Origin: Ktedonobacterales bacterium
Lineage (GTDB): Bacteria > Chloroflexota > Ktedonobacteria > Ktedonobacterales > JADMIN01
DNA: 64,000 bases
Assembly: GCA_035310125.1 (NCBI GenBank)
Contig: DATGEP010000303.1
Location: 1,813 to 65,812, forward strand
Direction: 5' to 3'
Shown here: positions 38,620-47,035 of the stretch, piece by piece
Layout: each line of letters begins with the position of its first letter
How positions within the stretch are numbered: position 1 is the stretch's first letter
Notes under the pieces: generated by a model
What the model saw: the letters and a program-made list of their open reading frames with translations, nothing else
Databases searched by the model: none
Told to the model about the DNA's origin: nothing
Translations under genes and position numbers: made by a program

Positions 38620-39399
38620 TCATAACAGCGCTTCGTCGCCCGCCCGCAAAACGCGCGGAGCGGCTCCCGATGCGAACACAGTGACCGTCTGCCGGCCCAT
38701 CACACACCAGCGCGCCGGAGCATGCGCGCCATTGTAGGCCACGCGAACCAGGGCAGTATCTTCATCTACGCCAAGTGCGGCGCGACCGTCTGGGATGGCG
38801 GCCAGCAGATCGTTGAACGCCTGCTGTCCGACGAAGCCGGCCATGCGGTCGAAGTGCGGGAACGTGATGAGCTGGGGAACCACACCCAGCGCATCCACAA
38901 ACACGCTCTGTGTCTCGGCGGGCGACGACGAAGCGGACATAACGCGGCGTAGCGAGGCGCTCTGGCCGCCGAACGCCATCGCGCCAGCGCTGCATCCCGC
39001 CAGTACGGCACCGCGCGCGTGCGCCTCACGAATAATCTCCCATGCGGGCGTGTCGCGCAGTGCTTCGGTAATCTGGCCGGGCGCGCCGCCGGAGAAGTAG
39101 AAGAAGGTGCCGTCGCGAAGAAGGTCGAGCTGGCCTGGGTCGAAGGCGTCCGCGCGGTTAAGAATGGTGCTGAGACGAACCTGCGTGACGCCGAGGCTCG
39201 TGAAGTGGCGCTGGCCCATCGCATTCCAGCGCGCCGGCGCGCCTTCTTCGAGTCCGCTCGCCGTCGGCAGCAGCACCACCCGCGCGAACGCGGGTCCACC
39301 GAGTGTTCCCAGCAGGTAGGCGTCCGTATCGTGCATGGCGCGCGTGTACTCGCCCGAGCCGACGAGCGCAAGCGCGCCTGGGACCGTGTCGCTCGGCAT
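38620..39399 (-). CDS. Peptidase S51 family (cyanophycinase/PepE-like, class-I glutamine amidotransferase-like fold)
   Basis: Nucleophile context LAGCSAGAMAFG and FYFSGG. AGGAGAAG RBS is present. The start lies 11 nt after the stop of the cysS fusion gene. Confidence 0.8.
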   Translation of the reverse strand: MPSDTVPGALALVGSGEYTRAMHDTDAYLLGTLGGPAFARVVLLPTASGLEEGAPARWNAMGQRHFTSLGVTQVRLSTILNRADAFDPGQLDLLRDGTFFYFSGGAPGQITEALRDTPAWEIIREAHARGAVLAGCSAGAMAFGGQSASLRRVMSASSSPAETQSVFVDALGVVPQLITFPHFDRMAGFVGQQAFNDLLAAIPDGRAALGVDEDTALVRVAYNGAHAPARWCVMGRQTVTVFASGAAPRVLRAGDEALL

Positions 39400-39410
39400 A
39401 CGTTCTTCTC

Positions 39411-42002
39411 CTATCGCTCGTGCTGGCTCGTCTGCGGAGCCAGCGGGAAATTCGTCGAAAGCTGTTCGCTTGCCGTGGGGTCGAAGCTGGGTTGATAGAC
39501 GGCTGGCGTCGCGGGATCGTGCCAGCGCGGCGCGGGCAGATGAACATGCGCGTGCGTATGCGAGTGGTCTGGCCAGTGCTTGTGCTCGTGGCTGTGTGGT
39601 CCCGCGCCTGTGTATGCGGTATGCTCGAAACGCGGGTCCACGATATCCTCGGGCGTCTCGTGGTCGTGCCCCCAGGGGGCGGCTTGCCCAGGCACAAAGT
39701 AGCGCACCAGCAGGCTTTCGCAGTGGTGGCGGCGGCGCCGGAAGATGTCGAAGTTCTTTTTGCTCTTGGTCGCCTGCTCCTCCTCAGAGAGCGCGTACCA
39801 TTCCCGATGTGGATGCTTGATCACGCGCGCGGCGACCTCTGGACTGACGACAGCGCGGAAGCCCGCTTTCTTGAACTCGAAGCTGTAATCAATATCCATC
39901 AGCCGGTAGAAGCGGAATTTCTCGTCGGCGGGGCCGACCTCGCGCAGCGTCGTGCGGCGGAAAGCCATGAGATAGCCCTCGATGGCGTCTACATCCGGCC
40001 CAACGCTCTCGCGAAACTCACGCAGGTCGTCCGTCACCAGGCCGTACGGTCCCACCAGGCCGATATCCGGCCTCTCCAGCAGCGCTTCGATGGGTGTCCA
40101 GATATCGCCGCTGAGCGCAATGCTCGTGTCAATCTGGACCACGATGCGGCCCAAGCTGGCGCGGAACTGGGCATTGCGCCCCGCCGCGAAGCCCATATCA
40201 TGGTCAGCGAAGAGCACGCGCACGGGCAGCCCGTTCACGGCGCCATCGGCGTCCAGGCGCTTCAAATATGCCAGCGTATCATCGGTCGAGCCGTTATCGA
40301 GGATGACGAGCTCGATATCGCGCCCACCCGCGTGGCGCGCCACGCTCGCGACGCAGCGCTCCAGATCGGCGCCGCTGTTGTGCGCAAGCAGATTGACCGA
40401 GAACGCATAACGATCCGGCGCCTCAAGTCGCGAGGGGACGTCGCCCGATCCGCTGATGAGCACCTCGTCGCCGGCGCGCCGCACCAGACGGACGCCTGGT
40501 GTCGCATCCCGTACTTCGTATCCCGCCGCGTGTATGCGCGCCCGCAGCGCATCGGCGGCGTCAAACGCCCGGCGCTGGCGCAGCGCGAGCCGCTCGCGGG
40601 CCAGCAGCATCACCGGCGCGGACACATCATTCTCTAGCGTGACGATCTGTTCGCCCGAGTCACGCCACTGCCGCTGGCGCTCTGCTCGCCGTGCGACCGC
40701 CGCTGCCAGATCAAAACCCAATATGGTATCGAATTCGTAGAGCAGGGCCAACCGATCGCGCGGGGTGATGGATTCATCGCGCGCCATGCCCCAGACGACG
40801 GCCATCGCGCGCGGCATGTTCAGATCATCGTTCACCGCTGCCCAAAACGCTTGCCGCGCCGCACCCGCGCCGTTCTCGCCGTCCGCGCGGGCGGGCGGAG
40901 ATGGCCGGTCGGCGAGGCGATATACTAGCTCGCGCAGACGGTTCAGGGACACCTGGGCCGCGCGCAGCGCGCGGAAGGTGAAGTTGATCCGGCTGCGATA
41001 TTTGGCCATCGTGAAGAAGTAGCGCAGGGCCAGCGGCTCGAAGCCCCGCGCCTCGACATCCGCCAGTGTGTAGGCGTTGCCGGTGGACTTGGCCATCTTG
41101 AGGCCGTCGGCGAGCAGGTGCTGCCCATGCACCCAATATGAGACGAAGCGCTGGCCGCTGGCGGCCTCGCTCTGCGCCCGCTCATCCTCGTGGTGCGGGA
41201 AGATGTTGTCCACTCCTCCCGTGTGCAGATCGAATTGCGGGCCGAGATACTTCGCGCTCATGGCGCTACACTCGATATGCCAGCCGGGGAAGCCGCGACC
41301 CCAGGGGCTATCCCATGCCATGATGCGCCCCTCCTCCGCGACTTTCCAGAGCGGGAAGTCTTCCGGGGCGCGCTTGTTGGCGTCAACCTCATTGGCGGTG
41401 TGCTGCCCCTGGCCGAGATACTCAAGCAAATTGCCGCTGAGCTGGCCATATCCCGGAAAATCCTTGACGGAGAAGAAGACGTTACCGCCGGCCTCGTAGG
41501 CGCTGCCGTTGTCGAGGAGCCGCTGGACCATCGCGATCATCTCTGGGATGTGGTCGGTGGCGCGGGGGAAGACGTGCGCGGGCAGGATGTTCAGCTTCTG
41601 TTCGTCGGTGTGAAAGGCGTCCGTATAGAAGGCGGCAATATCCCACGGCGTTTTGCCTTCACGGCGCGCCTGGACCACCAGTTTGTCTTCGCCGCGATCT
41701 AGCGCCTCCTGGCGCATATGCCCGACATCGGTGATGTTCTTGATCTGCATGACCTCGATGCCCTGCGCGGTGAGGGCGCGGCGGATCCAGTCGGCCATGG
41801 TGAAGGTGCGCAGGTTGCCGACGTGAATGAATCGGTAGACGGTGGGGCCACAGCTATACATGCGGAGGCGCCCGGCTTCCAGTGGCACGATGCGCTCGAC
41901 GGCTCGGCTCATGGTATTGAAGAGGTGTAAAGGTGTTCCGCCGCGCTCATTGGCGCTGGAGCCGGTCCGCGGTATCTCGTCCTGGGGAGTGGGGTCCATC
42001 AT
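39411..42002 (-). CDS. cysS: Cysteinyl-tRNA synthetase fused to a C-terminal GT2 glycosyltransferase domain and a His-rich tail
   Basis: CysRS part: YSCGPTVYRFIHVGN, WHIECS, HTGGVDNIFPHHEDE, KMAKSTGN, FWAAVNDDLNMP. GT2 part: FSVNLLAHNSG...ELVILDNGSTDDT...GFAAGRN. Tail: HSHEHKHWPDHSHTHAHVH. ATG at 42002 lies 6 nt after AGGAGCA. Confidence 0.85.
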   Translation of the reverse strand: MMDPTPQDEIPRTGSSANERGGTPLHLFNTMSRAVERIVPLEAGRLRMYSCGPTVYRFIHVGNLRTFTMADWIRRALTAQGIEVMQIKNITDVGHMRQEALDRGEDKLVVQARREGKTPWDIAAFYTDAFHTDEQKLNILPAHVFPRATDHIPEMIAMVQRLLDNGSAYEAGGNVFFSVKDFPGYGQLSGNLLEYLGQGQHTANEVDANKRAPEDFPLWKVAEEGRIMAWDSPWGRGFPGWHIECSAMSAKYLGPQFDLHTGGVDNIFPHHEDERAQSEAASGQRFVSYWVHGQHLLADGLKMAKSTGNAYTLADVEARGFEPLALRYFFTMAKYRSRINFTFRALRAAQVSLNRLRELVYRLADRPSPPARADGENGAGAARQAFWAAVNDDLNMPRAMAVVWGMARDESITPRDRLALLYEFDTILGFDLAAAVARRAERQRQWRDSGEQIVTLENDVSAPVMLLARERLALRQRRAFDAADALRARIHAAGYEVRDATPGVRLVRRAGDEVLISGSGDVPSRLEAPDRYAFSVNLLAHNSGADLERCVASVARHAGGRDIELVILDNGSTDDTLAYLKRLDADGAVNGLPVRVLFADHDMGFAAGRNAQFRASLGRIVVQIDTSIALSGDIWTPIEALLERPDIGLVGPYGLVTDDLREFRESVGPDVDAIEGYLMAFRRTTLREVGPADEKFRFYRLMDIDYSFEFKKAGFRAVVSPEVAARVIKHPHREWYALSEEEQATKSKKNFDIFRRRRHHCESLLVRYFVPGQAAPWGHDHETPEDIVDPRFEHTAYTGAGPHSHEHKHWPDHSHTHAHVHLPAPRWHDPATPAVYQPSFDPTASEQLSTNFPLAPQTSQHER

Positions 42003-42125
42003 AACGCATGCTCCTGAGTAGGCGGATTGAGGGCGCGGCAAGTGGCACGCGATCTGAACAACGGCGTGAAGAGATGGTACACACTGTACCGCGCGCCACC
42101 GCGTGAGCGCCAGCAAATCGCTGGA

Positions 42126-42776
42126 CTACTGCTCTTCGCCGTTGGCGCCGTCGTGCCGCGATGGTCCGAATGGCGGCTCAGGCTTCGCGCCGTCCTTCAC
42201 AGGCGCGGGCGCGTGACCAGTAGGATCGTCACGTTGCGAGACCTGCGACCCTGCGCGCACGGCATCGTGGGTATCCGCCCCAGCCTCGTCGGCGTCACGC
42301 GGGCCAAGCGACGCAGCGGTGAGGTGGCCGGGGCGGAAGTCCAGGAGTCGCGACTGCGCGAAGGTGGTGGCACGCTGCTCACACCAGAGCGCGCCACGCA
42401 CGCTGGCGTCGTACAGGTCGCGGAGCACCGCGTGGCTCTCATCGTCTTCCGTGGCATCCAGAAGCGCCTGCGCGCGTGCACAGATATCGGCTTTGTGGTG
42501 CGCGAAGGCGCGCAGCCGGTCGTCGTAGCGCTCGACATCGAGGATGTGCAGCGCGATGCCGTTGATTCGCTGGGTGACGAGCGCGCCCGCCGTCGCGAGT
42601 CGCTCGCGCAGGGTGCAGCTCAGGCGCACGGCATCCTGCCCCATCGCCATGCACGTGTCGCGCTCAGCCACCTCAGTCGCGCCGTTGGTAAGCTCCAAAA
42701 GAACCTCAACACAGGCGCGCTCGTCCTCCAGCAGTGTGTTGAGCGCATAGGCCGTCTCGGCATCGAGACCTTTCAT
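42126..42776 (-). CDS. Hypothetical four-helix-bundle (ferritin-like, DUF2383/DUF6306-type) protein with a disordered tail
   Basis: LNTLLEDERACVEVLLEL...RLRAFAHHKADICARAQALL pattern. ATG at 42776 follows GGAGGG. Alternative starts sit at 42806 and 42827. Confidence 0.4.
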   Translation of the reverse strand: MKGLDAETAYALNTLLEDERACVEVLLELTNGATEVAERDTCMAMGQDAVRLSCTLRERLATAGALVTQRINGIALHILDVERYDDRLRAFAHHKADICARAQALLDATEDDESHAVLRDLYDASVRGALWCEQRATTFAQSRLLDFRPGHLTAASLGPRDADEAGADTHDAVRAGSQVSQRDDPTGHAPAPVKDGAKPEPPFGPSRHDGANGEEQ

Positions 42777-42935
42777 GGACCCTCCAGACGCAGCCGTTTC
42801 TCTCATATATACATCCGACGGTGCCACGTAGATGCGTCGCCCGCAAGATGCTTGCCGCTATGAGCCAGTTGGACGGCAGCGGTACGGACGGGCGAGATGT
42901 GTTGCCGGTGGACGGGGGTAGCTCGTCTCATTATA

Positions 42936-42962
42936 AGGTATGTGGTTTAAGAGGTATGTGGT
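42936..42962 (+). repeat. Two exact 11-bp direct repeats AGGTATGTGGT spaced 16 bp start-to-start
   Basis: Copies at 42936-42946 and 42952-42962, about 45 bp upstream of the TGCTATAAT box of the nuo promoter region. Confidence 0.85.
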
Positions 42963-42984
42963 CCAGAAAAACGGCTCAAGCGCA

Positions 42985-43013
42985 TTGTTGGGGCCACCGC
43001 ACTATGCTATAAT
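42985..43013 (+). promoter_or_regulatory. Candidate nuo promoter: TTGTTG-17-TATAAT with an extended -10 (TGCTATAAT)
   Basis: Perfect TATAAT at 43008-43013 preceded by TGC. It lies 130 nt upstream of the nuoA GTG. Confidence 0.4.
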
Positions 43014-43089
43014 CGGCGTTGGCGCTCTGCGACTTGCGCCGCTGCGCTACCCCTCACCTATTCCCGTTTCCTACAATGTGTGCGCTCGT

Positions 43090-43120
43090 TCTCCCATGCG
43101 GAGAGTGGCCGGGGGTGAGG
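43090..43120 (+). repeat. Hairpin plus GGCCGGGGGTGAGG element, copy 2 (24 nt upstream of the nuoA start)
   Basis: TCTCCcatgcGGAGAgtGGCCGGGGGTGAGG. The core at 43107-43120 is identical to the other copies. Confidence 0.8.
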
Positions 43121-43144
43121 ATCTCAAGGGACTTGGAGGTGCAA

Positions 43145-43516
43145 GTGATCGCAACCGGCTATCTTTTCGCCGCCATCTTCTTTCTCGGCGGCTGTGGTTT
43201 CGTGCTCTTCGCACTGACACTGGCCGACACGCTGAACGCGCTCTTCTTGAAGCGGAAGCCCGCCAAGGACAAGCTCGACATCTACGAGTCCGGCGAAACG
43301 CCTATTGGCTCAGCGTGGGTGCAGTATCCGCTCGCGTTCTACATCTTTGCGCTGCTCTTCGTCGCCTTCGATGTAGATATCGTCTTCATTCTCTCGTGGG
43401 CGGTCATCTTCCAGCAGCTTAGCGTCTTTGGCTTCGTGGAGATGGTCTTCTTCATCGTCGTCCTGGCGCTGGGTCTGGTTTACGCCTGGCGGAAAGGGGT
43501 CATTCATTGGCTCTAA
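43145..43516 (+). CDS. nuoA: NADH-quinone oxidoreductase subunit A
   Basis: GTG start after GGAGGTG. YESGETPIGSAWVQYPLAFYIFALLFVAFDVDIVFILSW is a typical NuoA/ND3 signature. The upstream part of the track ORF contains the repeat element. Confidence 0.85.
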   Translation: MIATGYLFAAIFFLGGCGFVLFALTLADTLNALFLKRKPAKDKLDIYESGETPIGSAWVQYPLAFYIFALLFVAFDVDIVFILSWAVIFQQLSVFGFVEMVFFIVVLALGLVYAWRKGVIHWL

Positions 43517-44325
43517 CGCAACCGGCTGCCGGCGGCGGGCCGTCACTGGAAGCCTTCGACACGAATCATATCAATGAGCTACTCAACCTGCTGGGCCAGC
43601 TCGACGAGGCCGCCGGGCAGTCCGTCCCCAAGCGCCGGCTACCCGCGGGTGTGGTGGGCATCGAAGTGGCGAGCGAGCGCCTCCTAGCTGTGGCGCGCGT
43701 GCTCCGCGACTCCCTCAGCTTCGATATGCTCACCTGCGTATCGGGTGTGGACATGGTGGACCATATCGAGTCGGTCTATCATTTCCACTCATTGAGCCGT
43801 AACTGGCTGCTCCAAGTGCGCGTAAAACTGCCTAATGACGCGCCCGCCGTGGACTCGCTGGTTGGCCTGTATCCCTCCGCCAACTGGCTGGAGCGCGAGT
43901 GCTATGACATGGTCGGCATTACCTATCGCGGCCACCCCGATCTGCGGCGCATTCTGCTGGACGACGATTTCAACGGCTATCCGCTGCTCAAGAGCTTCCA
44001 CCCGACGCCGATCACCGTGCATGATCGCGCGACGACGCAGGTAGATGGGGTGCGAGCGGTCGCGGGCGAGCAGCAACGCAATGTGGAGCGCATCGTCTCG
44101 AAGAATCTCGGCCAGGGCGAGGAGGAGCGGCTGCATCCCGGCAAACTGACCTTCGGCAGCGCGGCGGTGTACCTCAAAACGGGCCAGGGCGTCGAGCCGC
44201 CGGATGTTCCCGCTGGGAGCCAGGGGAGCCAGGCGGTTGAGCCTCGTCCGACCTTCTCTTCAGAACAAGCTACGTCACGGGCGGAGCCTAAGACAGGCGG
44301 CGGCGCCGGAGCGCAAAAGGGGTAG
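43507..44325 (+). CDS. nuoC: NADH-quinone oxidoreductase subunit C with a ~80-aa C-terminal extension
   Basis: LVGLYPSANWLERECYDMVGITYRGHPDLRRILL is the NuoC/30-kDa signature. The TTG start overlaps the nuoA stop by 10 nt. Confidence 0.85.
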   Translation: MALTQPAAGGGPSLEAFDTNHINELLNLLGQLDEAAGQSVPKRRLPAGVVGIEVASERLLAVARVLRDSLSFDMLTCVSGVDMVDHIESVYHFHSLSRNWLLQVRVKLPNDAPAVDSLVGLYPSANWLERECYDMVGITYRGHPDLRRILLDDDFNGYPLLKSFHPTPITVHDRATTQVDGVRAVAGEQQRNVERIVSKNLGQGEEERLHPGKLTFGSAAVYLKTGQGVEPPDVPAGSQGSQAVEPRPTFSSEQATSRAEPKTGGGAGAQKG

Positions 44326-44328
44326 GAT

Positions 44329-45480
44329 ATGGCGATTGACCCGAATGTGCAGGCCGAAATGTTCGAGCAGGGCATCGGCGGGCTGCGCAGCGAGGAGATG
44401 ATCCTCAACATGGGACCGCAGCACCCCTCGACACATGGCGTGCTGCGGCTGGTGCTGACCCTGGACGGCGAGACGGTGGTAAACTGCACGCCCGTCATCG
44501 GGTATCTGCACCGCGGCATGGAGAAAATCTTCGAGAACCGGCCCTACATGTCCGGAATTCGTTACATTGACAATGCGGACTACCTCAGCCCGATGATCAA
44601 CGAGACGTGCTACGCGGGCGCTGTGGAAGCGATTCTCGGTATCGAGCCGCCGCGCCGCGCCCAATACATCACCTTGATCGTCAACGAGCTGGAGCGGATC
44701 GCCAGTCACCTCGTTGCCATCGGGACGTATGGGCTGGACCTCGGCGCTTCCACGCCGGTGCTGTGGGCTTTCCGCGACCGCGAGCAGATCCTCGATATGT
44801 TTGAGGCGCTTTCGGGCCACCGCTTTACGCACAATTATTTGCGCGTCGGCGGCGTGATGTACGACATCCCCAAGGGCTGGCTGGAGACCTGCGAGAAGTT
44901 TCTGGACACGTTTGCAGGCCGCAGCCTGCCGGAGTTCGAGACGCTGCTGACAGGCAACGAAATCTTCGAGGCGCGCACGCAGGGCGTCGGTTACATTGAT
45001 CCGCAGCAGGCTATCGCCTATGCGATGACCGGACCCATCCTGCGGGCTTCCGGCGTCAACTTCGATGTGCGTGTGGCGCGGCCGTATGGCGCGTATCGCG
45101 AAATCGCGGTGCGGCCCGTCGTCCGGCAGGAGGGCGACTGCTTCGCGCGTTATAAGGTGCGCATGGATGAGATGGTCGAGAGCGTCCGGCTCTGCCGCGA
45201 GGCGATTGACAAGCTCCCAGGCGGCTCCATCTCGCAACGCTCACCCATCGCGCTACGCCCACCGCGCGGCGAGGCGTACTACTCTGTCGAGAGCGCTCGC
45301 GGCGAAGAGAGTATCTATATGATCAGCGATGGCTCGGAGTATCCGTATCGCGCCAAGCTGCGCGGGCCGTCGTTCGTGAATTTGCAGATTCTGCCCGAGC
45401 TGCTGCGCGGGCGGCGTGTGGGCGATGTTATCGCCATTATGGGCAGCATTGATCTCGTGCTCGGCGACGTGGATCGCTAG
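44329..45480 (+). CDS. nuoD: NADH-quinone oxidoreductase subunit D
   Basis: MILNMGPQHPSTHGVLRL...IGYLHRGMEKI...SIDLVLGDVDR. It starts 3 nt after the nuoC stop. Confidence 0.95.
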   Translation: MAIDPNVQAEMFEQGIGGLRSEEMILNMGPQHPSTHGVLRLVLTLDGETVVNCTPVIGYLHRGMEKIFENRPYMSGIRYIDNADYLSPMINETCYAGAVEAILGIEPPRRAQYITLIVNELERIASHLVAIGTYGLDLGASTPVLWAFRDREQILDMFEALSGHRFTHNYLRVGGVMYDIPKGWLETCEKFLDTFAGRSLPEFETLLTGNEIFEARTQGVGYIDPQQAIAYAMTGPILRASGVNFDVRVARPYGAYREIAVRPVVRQEGDCFARYKVRMDEMVESVRLCREAIDKLPGGSISQRSPIALRPPRGEAYYSVESARGEESIYMISDGSEYPYRAKLRGPSFVNLQILPELLRGRRVGDVIAIMGSIDLVLGDVDR

Positions 45481-45493
45481 GGGTGGAGGCAGC

Positions 45494-46798
45494 ATGAATG
45501 ACGTCGTCTACAACATCATCCACTTCGTCATCACGTTCCTGTTCGCGCTGTTCTTCCTGATGACGGCGGCCTCGCTGCTCGTCTATTCAGAGCGCAAGGT
45601 TCAGGCGTTCATGCAGGACCGGTGGGGACCACTACACTACGGGCCGCAGGGCATCCTGCTGGCGATCATTGACCCGATGAAGCTCCTGTTGAAGGAAGAC
45701 ATCAAGCCTACGGCGACGGACAATGTGGTGTTCAGGATGGCGCCGATGGTCTTCTTCGCGCCGGTCATCGCGGCCTTTGTCGTGTTGCCGTTCTCGCCGT
45801 TCCTGACGACCAGCGCGCTAGCGACGGGCATCATCTACTATGTGGCCCTCAGCTCGATTGACGTCATTGGCGTCTTCATGGCGGGCTGGGGCTCGAACAA
45901 TAAGTATGCGCTGATTGGTGGCCTGCGCTCCACCGCGCAGATGATCTCATACGAGCTGCCGCTGGTGCTCTCGCTGGTCGGCGCCGTGATGATCACGAGC
46001 GTGCTGAGTCCGGGCTGCGCTGGCACGAATCCGAACCTCAGTCAATGTGGCATCGGCTCCATCTCGTTTAGCGAAGTGGTGGCGGCGCAGATGCGGCCCG
46101 CCTCGCCCTGGCTCTGGCTCGTGCTGCTCCAGCCGCTCGGTTTGCTCGTTTACTACATCTGCGGACTCGCGGAGACGAACCGTACGCCCTTCGACCTGCC
46201 CGAAGCTGAATCGGAGCTGGTCGCCGGCTATCTGACGGAGTATAGCGGGCTGCGGTGGGCGATGTTCTTCCTGGGCGAGTATGGCAACATGACCATCGTC
46301 TCGGCGGTGGGTACTGCGCTCTTTCTCGGCGGGTGGTCGGGGCCGGGAGCCGCCATCGCATTCTGGACGGGCGCGCTGGGCTCGTTCTGGGGTCAGGTGG
46401 TCTTCAATATCATCGGTCTCTTCTGGTTTGTCGCCAAGATGCTGGTGCTGCTGCTGCTCTTCCAGTGGATCCGCGCGACGCTGCCCCGCTTGCGGGCCGA
46501 TCAGCTCATGCGCTTCGCCTGGTTGTATCTGATCCCGCTGACGCTATTCAACATCGTGCTGACGGGCGGACTGCTGCTGATTCCGGTCAGCATCCCCCTG
46601 CGATTGGGGTTCGTGGCCGCATCCAACTGGCTGCTCACGATTCTCATGATCAGCACGTTGCGCAAAGTCACGGGCGTCACATCGTTCGGCAAGGTGCCAC
46701 GCTGGATACGGGCACGCGCGCGGGCAACGGCGCCGGGTGCTCCTCCAACCGCTGTCCCGCAGCCGTCGGGCCGTGAACTGGCTGGTACGCGGCGGTAG
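45494..46798 (+). CDS. nuoH: NADH-quinone oxidoreductase subunit H with an internal insertion and a C-terminal extension
   Basis: GGTGGAGG RBS. ERKVQAFMQDRWGP, LAETNRTPFDLPEAESELVAGY and EYGNM are NuoH/ND1 motifs. Confidence 0.9.
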   Translation: MNDVVYNIIHFVITFLFALFFLMTAASLLVYSERKVQAFMQDRWGPLHYGPQGILLAIIDPMKLLLKEDIKPTATDNVVFRMAPMVFFAPVIAAFVVLPFSPFLTTSALATGIIYYVALSSIDVIGVFMAGWGSNNKYALIGGLRSTAQMISYELPLVLSLVGAVMITSVLSPGCAGTNPNLSQCGIGSISFSEVVAAQMRPASPWLWLVLLQPLGLLVYYICGLAETNRTPFDLPEAESELVAGYLTEYSGLRWAMFFLGEYGNMTIVSAVGTALFLGGWSGPGAAIAFWTGALGSFWGQVVFNIIGLFWFVAKMLVLLLLFQWIRATLPRLRADQLMRFAWLYLIPLTLFNIVLTGGLLLIPVSIPLRLGFVAASNWLLTILMISTLRKVTGVTSFGKVPRWIRARARATAPGAPPTAVPQPSGRELAGTRR

Positions 46799-46814
46799 AT
46801 GCGTTTCTTGCACG

Positions 46815-46847
46815 ACGTCCCTCTCTTTTGAGAGGGACGTTTGTTTT
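46815..46847 (+). terminator. Strong Rho-independent terminator directly after nuoH
   Basis: 10-bp perfect stem ACGTCCCTCT / AGAGGGACGT with a 6-nt loop, followed by TTGTTTT. Confidence 0.8.
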
Positions 46848-47035
46848 GCGATTTGCTTCTTCGGCGCCTATCAGGTCTTCCCCAGTGTCTCGAACTACAC
46901 CTGCCTGCTCTTTGCCGGCACTCCGCGGTGTCGAGGGTGGGCTCGACTCCCATACGCCTCTGCCACTGCCACACGCCAATCCGTGGTGATAACTTGCCGC
47001 TCATAAACGCTGTCGCTAAACAAACATGCTCGGTA

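Noticed and set aside
39411-42002. MshC-type (mycothiol) Cys ligase interpretation of the CysRS part.
   Set aside because: The protein retains a DALR-2-like motif (FWAAVNDDLNMP) and a further C-terminal helical region like tRNA-charging CysRS. A genuine CysRS is therefore more likely. This is not decisive without phylogeny.
46925-46965. T-arm-like GTGGGCTCGACTCCCAT followed by ...TGCCA.
   Set aside because: No complementary acceptor 5' strand, D-arm or anticodon arm can be placed upstream on either strand.
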